Shown piece after piece: positions 12,058-20,578 of a stretch of 64,000 nt of DNA. This DNA is from Anaerolineales bacterium (GTDB lineage: Bacteria; Chloroflexota; Anaerolineae; Anaerolineales; UBA4823). The position numbers and the translations under genes were made by a program. Each line of letters begins with the position of its first letter. Position 1 is the stretch's first letter. Location of the stretch: positions 69,693 to 133,692 of the forward strand of contig JAOSJQ010000001.1 in the NCBI GenBank assembly GCA_027494035.1. The letters run 5' to 3'. Below the pieces are notes generated by a model. It was not told the origin of the DNA. It saw only the letters and a program-made list of their open reading frames with translations, and made no database searches.

Positions 12058-13679
12058 TGACCGGACCCTTTCGTTAACTCATCGATACCGCCATGTAGTA
12101 CATAGTTTAGCACCATTGAATTGGTGATCCATTCAATTGGCGCACGATCATCGGTATAGATCACCTGGCTTTGCGGGGTTGGCTGCAAATTGGCGACAAC
12201 CCGCTCCAAAGCGCGCAGCAAAAGCGGGTGCACATCCTGCCGCGAATAGAGATCCAGCAGATTTTGATAGAAATCTTCGATGCGGGTTGGACGCACCGTG
12301 GCGTAGATCATCGAGTTGAACGAATCCGGCACATCCATGACATACACGCTCGGGAACACCTGCTGAATGGTGCCCGCCAGCCCATCGATTAGGCGGCGGT
12401 CATCCGGCGAACGACCAACGTTCACTGCCAGAACGCCATCATCTGAAAGATGCGCGCGCACCAATTCGAAGAATTCCACCGTCGTGAGATGCCACGGGAT
12501 GTAAGGCGGACGATACGCGTCCACACCGATCACCGTGTACTGGCGCTTACTGTGCTCCAAACCCACCCGTCCGTCCTGAGCAATCGCATTAAGATTAGGC
12601 ATCTCCATGCCGAAGTATTCGCGCCCGACCTCAATGATCTGCGGATCGATCTCAAATCCATCGATTGGGATCAGACCATACACCTCGCTGGTCTGGCGGG
12701 CTACCGTGCCAGCTGCCAGCCCGATGATCGCCATGCTTTTCATGCGGGACGGGTCGAACGGCGCGGGGTTGAAAAACGGCGCCGCCAAGAACTGCTCCCA
12801 GGGACCGTGATAATCCAGCTCCGTCGGATGCCACATCGAGTGCACGCCCTGACCCTCATTGAGCCGCAGTAAACGAAAGCCGTCCTGTTCAAGCACTTCG
12901 ATGTAGTTGTAAGCCGATTCGCCCTCGTAAATCTGACCCGGTGTGTCCTTGATCGGGCGCTGGGTGAGCAGCCCACCCAGGACAAGCAGCAGGATGAACA
13001 TCCATGCCAGGCGCAGCGCCGCGCCCCACCCAAGATGCATCCACGCGCCGATCAGCGCGACCAGCAACAGCAGCTCGCTGAAGATGATGAAAGTCCACGT
13101 CGTTCCTACCAGGGGGATAAAAACCAGCACCGGCAGAAAAGTGCCGATAAACGAACCCAGGGTGGAGATGGCATAGATGCGCCCCGAAACCCGACCGGCT
13201 TCGTTCGGATCGCGGATTGCCAGCCGGATTGCGAACGGTGAAATCATTCCAAGCAACGTGACCGGGATGCTGAACAGGATCAAGACCGCCGTAAACGAAC
13301 CAAACAGCACGCCAATCTGAAGCTGGTCGAACGCGCCCGCCGCAAATCTCAGCACCGGGCGGGCGACTAGCGGCGCCAAGCCAGCCAGAAACGCGCCCCA
13401 GGCAAGGATGTGGTACATAGTGGCGGGGCGCGGGTCGCGGTCTGCCCAGGCGCCACCCGCAAAATAACCGACCGTCAGATAGATCAGGATCAGCCCAATG
13501 ATGCTCGCCCACACCAGGTTGCTGGTGCCAAAAACCGAACCCAGAAGGCGTGAAGCCGAAAATTCCAGCGCCAGGGTGGACATCCCGGCAAAGAAAACTG
13601 TCAGATACAGGTAACGCTTCATTAGCGTGGGGTATTGTATACCAGATTCAGAGATAATAAAAGACAGCAAACCGGGCAT
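12054..13679 (-). CDS. fused polytopic membrane domain / spermidine synthase-like aminopropyltransferase
   Basis: N-terminal multi-TM region plus a C-terminal SAM-fold region (IIGLAAGTVARQ, IDGFEIDPQIIEVGREYF, VIGVDAYRPPYIPWHLTTVEFF). The start could instead be the ATG at 13622. Confidence 0.8.
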   Translation of the reverse strand: MPGLLSFIISESGIQYPTLMKRYLYLTVFFAGMSTLALEFSASRLLGSVFGTSNLVWASIIGLILIYLTVGYFAGGAWADRDPRPATMYHILAWGAFLAGLAPLVARPVLRFAAGAFDQLQIGVLFGSFTAVLILFSIPVTLLGMISPFAIRLAIRDPNEAGRVSGRIYAISTLGSFIGTFLPVLVFIPLVGTTWTFIIFSELLLLVALIGAWMHLGWGAALRLAWMFILLLVLGGLLTQRPIKDTPGQIYEGESAYNYIEVLEQDGFRLLRLNEGQGVHSMWHPTELDYHGPWEQFLAAPFFNPAPFDPSRMKSMAIIGLAAGTVARQTSEVYGLIPIDGFEIDPQIIEVGREYFGMEMPNLNAIAQDGRVGLEHSKRQYTVIGVDAYRPPYIPWHLTTVEFFELVRAHLSDDGVLAVNVGRSPDDRRLIDGLAGTIQQVFPSVYVMDVPDSFNSMIYATVRPTRIEDFYQNLLDLYSRQDVHPLLLRALERVVANLQPTPQSQVIYTDDRAPIEWITNSMVLNYVLHGGIDELTKGSGQ

Positions 13680-13748
13680 GCTTGGGGTTTTGCATCGTTG
13701 GTATAATTATCAGGTTCGACCCAGAAATCAACCGTATTTGGAGCAAGT

Positions 13749-16490
13749 ATGACCTCAGAAATGCTGACCGGCGCCAAAATCCGCCAGGATTTTATCGACT
13801 TCTTCACCGAACGCGGCCACACGTTCGTCCCTTCTTCCTCGCTTGTCCCTGGAGGCGACCACACGCTGCTTTTCACCAACGCCGGGATGGTGCAATTCAA
13901 AGATGTGTTTCTTGGCACGGATAAACGTCCCTATGTGCGCGCGGTCAATTCGCAGAAATGCATGCGCGTCGCCGGCAAGCACAACGATCTGGAAGACGTC
14001 GGGCAAGACGACGTCCACCACACTTTTTTCGAAATGCTCGGCAACTGGTCGTTCGGCGATTATTACAAAAAAGAAGCCATTGCCTGGGCTTGGCAGCTTT
14101 TGACCGAAGTCTGGGGGCTGCCAAAAGACAAGCTCTGGACAACCTGTTTCAAGGACGATCATGGCGACATCCCAACCGATGACGAAGCCTCTTCAGAGTG
14201 GTTGAAACAACCCGGCATCCATCCGGAACACGTGCTCTTCTTCGGGCGCAAGGATAATTTCTGGGAAATGGCTGAGACCGGACCCTGCGGTCCGTGCAGC
14301 GAAATCCATCTCGATCTGGGGATCGAACACTGCGACAAACAAGGGACGCCAGAGCACGTCTGCGGGGTCAATGGCGACTGCGCGCGTTTTCTGGAGTTGT
14401 GGAACCTGGTGTTCATTCAATATAACCGCTTGAGCCCCACCAGCCTGGAGCCCTTGCCGACCACCCATGTGGACACAGGTATGGGGTTGGACCGCATCGT
14501 CTCGGTGCTGCAAGGCGTCTACTCGAATTACAAGACCGATCTGCTGCTGCCGCTGATGCGCGCCGCCCAGCAGATGACCGGCGACAGCGACGCCCAAATG
14601 GAAACCAACCTGACCCCTTACCGGGTCATCGCCGATCATGCGCGGGCTGCGACGTTCCTGATCGCCGACGGCGTAGTGCCGGGGAACATCGGGCGCAACT
14701 ACGTGTGCCGCATGATCATCCGGCGCGCGGCGCGCTTCGGTTCGAAGCTGGGTCTCAACCGCCCCTTCCTCGCCCCAGTCGCTGAAAAGGTCATCGAGAT
14801 TTATGGCGATTTTTATCCTGAACTCAAACGCAACCGGGCGACCATCCTGAACAACCTGACCGCGGAAGAAGAGCGCTTTCAGCGCACCGTGGAAAGCGGC
14901 ATTGCCAAGCTGGAATCGCTGTTCAACCAGCTTGAGGCTGAAAACAAGCGCGTTTTGCCGGGCGAGCAGGCGTTCGATCTCTACGCCACTTACGGCTTGC
15001 CGCTTGAGATCACGCGCGACATTGCCCGCGAGCGCAGCCTGGATGTCAACGAAGCCGAGTTCAGCCAGGCGCTGGAAAAACACCGCCTCGCCTCGGGCGC
15101 GGGCGAAGCGTTTGGTCCCATGGGCGGCGAAGACGTGGATGTTTACCGCGACTTGATGAAGCAACTTATCGCGTCGGGCAAACTGCCGCCCGAGGGCGTG
15201 CAATACAACCCCTACGAACTGCTGGAAGTCGAAGCGCCGCTGCTGGCGCTCGTCGAGGCAGACCGATCCGTGCCAAGCGCGGAACCAGGCGCACAGGTGG
15301 AGGTGTTGCTGCCCGAGACGGGATTTTATGTCGAAGCGGGCGGACAGGTATCCGACACCGGCGTCATCGTCAACGCCGCTGGCGCCCCATGGGAGATCCA
15401 GGTGACCGGGATGCGCAAACCTGCCGCAGGCGTGATCGTTCACGTGGGCAAGGTGGTCTCCGGACAGCCTAAAGTCGGCGACATGGCGATCGCAACGGTC
15501 GATCGGCAGCGCCGCCGCGACATAATGCGCAACCACACCGCCACACACCTGCTCCATACTGAAATAAGGGCGGTTCTGGGCGATCATGCCCGTCAGGCAG
15601 GCTCGCTGGTCGCGCCAGATCACCTGCGTTTCGACTTTACTCATCCCCAGGCGCTCACGTTGGATCAAATCGAGCAGATCGAGGCGGACGTCAACCGCGA
15701 CATACTCGGCGATTATCCGCTGAACACTCAGGTTAAACCGCTTCAGCAAGCGATCAGCGAAGGCGCAACCGCGCTTTTTGGCGAGAAATATGGCGAAATC
15801 GTCCGGAACATCACCATCGGTCAGCCCGAAGTTTTTTCAAACGAGCTTTGCGGGGGGACACATGTGCAAGAGACGGGCGACATCGGGATTTTCCTCATCA
15901 CCAGCGAGAGCAGCGCGGCGGCTGGCGTTCGCCGCATCGAAGCGGTGACAGGGCGGGCTGCCTACGACCTTGTGCGCGATCGATTTCGAGTGTTAAAAAC
16001 CGCGGCGAGTTTATTGGACGTTTCGCCAGAGGAAGCGTCTGTGCGCGTGAGACAGATTCTCGATGCAGCCAGTGACCTGCAAAAGGAATTAACCGAGTTG
16101 CGTCGGCGCCAGGCTTTATTGACGTTCGAAGGGCTGCTGAATAAAACCGAGGACGTGAACGGCGTTCCGCTATTAGTATTAAATCTGCCGAACCTCGACG
16201 TGGATACCCTGCGCGTTTTGACCGATCGTTTTCGCCAGCGCTACTCGACCGGTGTGGTGGTGCTTGGTTCTACCGGGCAGGATGACCGTCCGATCGTCGT
16301 CGCGGCGTTGACCGATAATCTGCTGCCGCGCGGTCTCAACGCGGTTGATCTGGTGAGGTTTGTGAGCGGTTTCCTGGGCGGAGGCGGCGGCGGCAAGCCA
16401 AACCTGGCTCAGGCAGGCGGTAAAGAAGCCGCTCATTTACCGGAAGCGCTGCAAAAAGTAAAGAACTGGGTGGAGCAAAAGACCTCCTGA
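13749..16490 (+). CDS. alaS: alanine--tRNA ligase
   Basis: 913 aa. HTFFEMLGNWSFGDYYK, editing-domain HTATHLLH, and a C-terminal GGGGGGKPNLAQAGG. Confidence 0.97.
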   Translation: MTSEMLTGAKIRQDFIDFFTERGHTFVPSSSLVPGGDHTLLFTNAGMVQFKDVFLGTDKRPYVRAVNSQKCMRVAGKHNDLEDVGQDDVHHTFFEMLGNWSFGDYYKKEAIAWAWQLLTEVWGLPKDKLWTTCFKDDHGDIPTDDEASSEWLKQPGIHPEHVLFFGRKDNFWEMAETGPCGPCSEIHLDLGIEHCDKQGTPEHVCGVNGDCARFLELWNLVFIQYNRLSPTSLEPLPTTHVDTGMGLDRIVSVLQGVYSNYKTDLLLPLMRAAQQMTGDSDAQMETNLTPYRVIADHARAATFLIADGVVPGNIGRNYVCRMIIRRAARFGSKLGLNRPFLAPVAEKVIEIYGDFYPELKRNRATILNNLTAEEERFQRTVESGIAKLESLFNQLEAENKRVLPGEQAFDLYATYGLPLEITRDIARERSLDVNEAEFSQALEKHRLASGAGEAFGPMGGEDVDVYRDLMKQLIASGKLPPEGVQYNPYELLEVEAPLLALVEADRSVPSAEPGAQVEVLLPETGFYVEAGGQVSDTGVIVNAAGAPWEIQVTGMRKPAAGVIVHVGKVVSGQPKVGDMAIATVDRQRRRDIMRNHTATHLLHTEIRAVLGDHARQAGSLVAPDHLRFDFTHPQALTLDQIEQIEADVNRDILGDYPLNTQVKPLQQAISEGATALFGEKYGEIVRNITIGQPEVFSNELCGGTHVQETGDIGIFLITSESSAAAGVRRIEAVTGRAAYDLVRDRFRVLKTAASLLDVSPEEASVRVRQILDAASDLQKELTELRRRQALLTFEGLLNKTEDVNGVPLLVLNLPNLDVDTLRVLTDRFRQRYSTGVVVLGSTGQDDRPIVVAALTDNLLPRGLNAVDLVRFVSGFLGGGGGGKPNLAQAGGKEAAHLPEALQKVKNWVEQKTS

Positions 16491-18523
16491 TGCAGCGCAC
16501 CATCCTGCGCCCCTGGATGGCGCTGCCGGCGCTGCTGCTGGTTTGTGCACTCGCTTATGGGGTCACGATCCGCCAGCAGGGTTTCTATTGGGACGACTGG
16601 ACGATTGTCTGGTACATTCATTTTCTGGGCGCATCCAGCTTCAAAGCCGCGTTTGCCTCTGACCGCCCGCTCCTGGCGTGGATTTACCAGGTCACCACTC
16701 CCTTGCTGGGAGAATCGCCCTTCAACTGGCAGGCGTTTGCGGTAATCACCCGCTGGCTGGCGTGCGCCGCGTTGTGGTGGGCGCTCCGCGGTTTGTGGCC
16801 GCGCAATCCATTGCAAACCAGCGCAATTGCGATCCTGTTTGCGGTTTACCCCGGTTTCAAACAACAGCACATCGCGATCACTTACAGCAATGCATTTCTG
16901 GTGCTCGCGCTTTATCTGAGTTCGTGGGGGTTTATGATCTGGTCGCTGCGGCGGCTATCGCGGTTTTGGCTTCTCTATCTGATCTCATTGCTGCTAGCTA
17001 TCTATACGGTTTTTACCGCGGAGCATTTCTTCGGGCTGGAACTGCTTCGACCCGTGTTTCTCTGGATCGTTTTGAGCGAAACAGTCAGTCATTATGGGGA
17101 GCGTTTGAAAAAGACGCTCCTGCTTTGGCTGCCCTTCCTCGCGATCGACCTGGCATTTCTTGTCTGGCGCATCTCTAATCCGACCCCCAGAGCGCAAATC
17201 ACGCTCTTTGAGCGCCTCACCAGCGACCCTTCCGGCGCGGTGATTTCGCTCGCCGAAACTGTGCTTAGAGACATTCTGACTGCCAGCTTTTCCGCCTGGA
17301 GCCAGATATTTCGGCTCGATTGGCTGTCTGCCCAGCCGCCCGGCACAACGGTCAGGTTTGTGGTGATCGCCCTGGCGGCTGCCGCAGCAACTGGTCTGGC
17401 GCTGATATTTGCCGCCGGACACCGGCGCGATATTGACGCCAGAGCCGGGTTACGCTGGGCAATCCCAGCCATCGGTCTGGGATTGTTCAGCCTGCTGGCT
17501 GGCGGAATCCCGATCTGGCCCACCAATCTGCGCCTCGAGCTGTTCTTCCCCTGGGACCGCTTCACCCTGCCAATGATGTTCGGGGCTGCGTTGCTGCTGG
17601 CAGGGTTGATCGAACTGTTGAACTTTGCACCGCCAATAAATATGGCATTGGTGGTGGTATGCGCCGGTTTGGCAGCCGGGTTTCACTACCAAATCGCCCT
17701 CTCATTCCGGGCGGACTGGCTGAGCCAGCGCGATTTTTTCTGGCAGCTCGCCTGGCGCGTCCCGGGGTTAGAGCCGGGCACAATCCTGCTCACTTCAGAT
17801 TTGCCTTTCGAATACGATTGGGACAACTCGCTCACTGCGCCGCTCAACTGGACCTATGCGCCGCAAATGCAAGGGACCGAGCTGCCCTACTTGATGTACA
17901 ACGCCGAATCGCGCTTGAGCAGCGGTTTACCCCCGCTGGACAAAAACACCCGGATCCAGGAATACCTGCGCATCACGCCGTTCAGCGGATCGATCTCTCA
18001 GGCAGTTGTGGGTTTTTACCAACCCCCAGGGTCTTGCTTCAAGCTGATCGACCCGCAAATCGACCAGAACCTGCCGGAAAAACCGCGTTACTTCAAAGAA
18101 ATCTACTCCTTTTCCAGGCTCGATTTAGTCCACGCAGACGCCGCGCCGCCAGCTCAGCCGCCGCTTCAGTTTTTTGAACCTGAACCGCCCCCAAATTGGT
18201 GCTATTACTTTCAGAAAGCCGAACTGGCGCGCCAGACGGGCAATTGGAACGAAATTGTCGAACTGGGCGAGAAAGCCTTTGAGACCCGCAAAACTTTCAC
18301 CCGCAAAAACGTTTACGAGCTGCTTCCGTTTATCGAAGGATATGCCCGCAGCAACCAGTTCGATCGGGCATACGAAATGACCCGGCAGGGGTATCAAACC
18401 TGGGAGAAAATGGGAGCAACACTCTGCCTTCTTTGGGATAAAATCTCTGCGGATGCAAGCCTGGGCGCGGAAATCCAATCTGCCTCCAAAGAAATCCACG
18501 AGGAATTGAAATGCAGCGAATGA
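16490..18523 (+). CDS. polytopic membrane protein, GT-C-fold glycosyltransferase candidate, paralogue 1
   Basis: 677 aa. The ATG shares one base with the alaS TGA. Contains a GFYWDDW loop motif after TM1, many TM helices and a soluble Cys-containing C-terminal domain (NWCYYFQKAELA). Confidence 0.8.
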   Translation: MQRTILRPWMALPALLLVCALAYGVTIRQQGFYWDDWTIVWYIHFLGASSFKAAFASDRPLLAWIYQVTTPLLGESPFNWQAFAVITRWLACAALWWALRGLWPRNPLQTSAIAILFAVYPGFKQQHIAITYSNAFLVLALYLSSWGFMIWSLRRLSRFWLLYLISLLLAIYTVFTAEHFFGLELLRPVFLWIVLSETVSHYGERLKKTLLLWLPFLAIDLAFLVWRISNPTPRAQITLFERLTSDPSGAVISLAETVLRDILTASFSAWSQIFRLDWLSAQPPGTTVRFVVIALAAAAATGLALIFAAGHRRDIDARAGLRWAIPAIGLGLFSLLAGGIPIWPTNLRLELFFPWDRFTLPMMFGAALLLAGLIELLNFAPPINMALVVVCAGLAAGFHYQIALSFRADWLSQRDFFWQLAWRVPGLEPGTILLTSDLPFEYDWDNSLTAPLNWTYAPQMQGTELPYLMYNAESRLSSGLPPLDKNTRIQEYLRITPFSGSISQAVVGFYQPPGSCFKLIDPQIDQNLPEKPRYFKEIYSFSRLDLVHADAAPPAQPPLQFFEPEPPPNWCYYFQKAELARQTGNWNEIVELGEKAFETRKTFTRKNVYELLPFIEGYARSNQFDRAYEMTRQGYQTWEKMGATLCLLWDKISADASLGAEIQSASKEIHEELKCSE

Positions 18524-20574
18524 TCGATTCAAACCTGGTTCAGCGTATCCTTCGATCTCGATGGACGCTGGCATTCGGGCTGCTGGTGATCACTTCAATC
18601 ACCTATGGCGCATTGATTGTTTCAATGGGGCTCTATTGGGATGACTGGCCTTCACTTTGGTTTCTCCATTACGGAGGACCGCTGATTTTTCCCAAAGCAT
18701 TCGCAATTGACCGCCCGCTGCAAGGCTGGCTGTTTGTCCCCACCACGGCGATATTCGGTGAATCGTTGTTCGCCTGGCAAATCTTTGGAATTCTTGCGCG
18801 CTGGCTGAGCGGGCTGGCGCTCGGCTGGGCGCTGGGTTTGGTCTGGCAGACCCGCCGGTTTCAAGTGCTGGGGGTGGTGATCTTGTTCCTGGTCTATCCG
18901 GGTTTTTCTCAACAATGGATTGCCATCACTTATGGGCACCAGTTCCTGATCATGGCGCTGTTCCTGGTCTCCCTGGCGCTAATGATCCTGTCGATCCGCA
19001 AGCCCGCTCGATACTGGCTGCTCACCGGCGCCTCCTTGCTGACCGGGCTATTCAGTATGCTTGCGCTGGAATATTTTTTCGGGCTGGAACTGTTGCGCCC
19101 GGTTTTTCTCTGGCTGGTGTTGAGCGAGACGATCCCTGAATTGCGAGACCGGCTGAGGGAGACGGGGAAACGCTGGCTGCCGTACTTGCTGATGAACACC
19201 GGTTTTTTGATCTGTCGCCTCACGCGCCCCACGCCGCGCGGGGAGGTCACGTTTTTCGCTGACTTTGCCGCCAATCCAGGCGCTGCCCTCACAAATCTAG
19301 GGCGGACGATCGCTGAGGATCTGGTTAAATCCACCGTTCTGGCATGGAACCGTGCAATCGGATATCTCAAATTCACGGGCGTAAAACCAGAAGTGCTGTC
19401 ATTATATGTGGGAATTGGATTAGCGGTTGCGCTGGTGTCGATCTTGCTGCTCGCGCTGGCTCGATCCCACCAAAAAGCATTCGGCGATGACAGGGAGAAA
19501 AGCCGCTGGGGTCTCACCGCCCTGCTCGTCGGCGTATACGCGCTGCTTGTGGGTGGGTGGCCGATTTGGATGACCAATCTGCGCCTCGATTTAAGCATCC
19601 CCTGGGATCGTTTCACCGAGGCGATGATGCTGGGATCGTGTCTGGCGGTTATCGGCATGATCGATCTGCTGCTTTGGCGGTTTGATTGGCTGAAAATCAC
19701 CATCATTGCGGTTTTGGCTGGTCTGGCTGCCGGGGCGCAATTGAACTACGCCCTGCCATTCCGCCAAGAATGGCTTGACCAGCGGACATTTCTCTGGCAG
19801 CTCGCCTGGCGCATACCCGCGATCGAACCAGGCACCGCGCTGCTGACCTCCAACCTGCCTTTTTATTCTTCCACTGACAACTCGTTGTCCGCGGCGATAA
19901 ACTGGATGTATGCCCCCGAGTTTCAGTCGGGGCAGATGCCCTATATGATTTTCGATCTCAACGCCAGGCTTGAAGACAGTCTGCCCAGTCTGGAACCCGA
20001 TGTGCCATTGTTCGAAAATTACCGGGCTGTCGACTTCATCGGTAACACCTCCCAGACATTGGTCTTCTATTACAGCCCGCCCCGCTGCCTCAAGGTGATG
20101 GATCTTTATACCGACCGCCATTATCCGAATAAACCCGGTTCTGTGGTGCTGGCATTACCGCTCTCGCGGCTGGAACTGATCCAGCCTGGAGAGAAAGACG
20201 ATCCTCATATGCCCGCTTTTCTGGGTCCCGAGCCGAAACACAACTGGTGCTACTATTTCGAAAAAATCGACCTGGCGGTCCAGCTTGGGCACTGGGAAAA
20301 AGCCGCCAATCTCGCCGACCGTGCTCTGGAAATAAAATCGGCGCTTTCGAGGGATAACGCGCCCGAACTGATCCCGTTGATTTATGCCTATGCGCGCGCC
20401 GGCAGATATACCAAGGCGATGGAATTATCTCTGCAGGCTGGAAGCCTGTCGAAAAAGATGCACTATTACATATGCGATACCTGGTATTATCTTGGACAGC
20501 AAATCCAAGGCGATCCAGAGTTCACGGCAGCCCAGGCTGAGGTCAACCAGGAATTCGAATGCACACCGCCTTAA
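18511..20574 (+). CDS. polytopic membrane protein, GT-C-fold glycosyltransferase candidate, paralogue 2
   Basis: 687 aa. Overlaps the paralogue 1 stop. Shares GLYWDDW, EYFFGLELLRPVFLW, PIWMTNLRL, WQLAWRIP and NWCYYFEK with its neighbours. Confidence 0.8.
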   Translation: MQRMIDSNLVQRILRSRWTLAFGLLVITSITYGALIVSMGLYWDDWPSLWFLHYGGPLIFPKAFAIDRPLQGWLFVPTTAIFGESLFAWQIFGILARWLSGLALGWALGLVWQTRRFQVLGVVILFLVYPGFSQQWIAITYGHQFLIMALFLVSLALMILSIRKPARYWLLTGASLLTGLFSMLALEYFFGLELLRPVFLWLVLSETIPELRDRLRETGKRWLPYLLMNTGFLICRLTRPTPRGEVTFFADFAANPGAALTNLGRTIAEDLVKSTVLAWNRAIGYLKFTGVKPEVLSLYVGIGLAVALVSILLLALARSHQKAFGDDREKSRWGLTALLVGVYALLVGGWPIWMTNLRLDLSIPWDRFTEAMMLGSCLAVIGMIDLLLWRFDWLKITIIAVLAGLAAGAQLNYALPFRQEWLDQRTFLWQLAWRIPAIEPGTALLTSNLPFYSSTDNSLSAAINWMYAPEFQSGQMPYMIFDLNARLEDSLPSLEPDVPLFENYRAVDFIGNTSQTLVFYYSPPRCLKVMDLYTDRHYPNKPGSVVLALPLSRLELIQPGEKDDPHMPAFLGPEPKHNWCYYFEKIDLAVQLGHWEKAANLADRALEIKSALSRDNAPELIPLIYAYARAGRYTKAMELSLQAGSLSKKMHYYICDTWYYLGQQIQGDPEFTAAQAEVNQEFECTPP

Positions 20575-20578
20575 GGTC

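Noticed and set aside
14193-15749. 518-aa ORF on the minus strand inside alaS. Similar long antisense or alternative-frame ORFs occur at 9444-10400, 18930-19706, 31797-32849, 43466-44251, 48934-50241, 52178-53080 and 52539-53489.
   Set aside because: - Each lies entirely within a gene that has strong motif-level identification on the other strand or frame.
- The translations are Arg/Gly/His/Pro-rich low-complexity sequence, typical of spurious open frames in GC-rich DNA.
- None has a recognisable motif.
20384-20578. N-terminal extension of the third GT-C paralogue ORF. Similar upstream extensions occur on the ruvX ORF (26568-26810), the HD-domain ORF (35122-35307), the DUF692-like ORF (28334-28408) and the coaD ORF (3052-3099).
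   Set aside because: - The extensions overlap the preceding gene in another frame and show no homology to paralogues or orthologues.
- Internal ATGs sit at stop/start junctions (ATGA overlaps or gaps of 2-4 nt).
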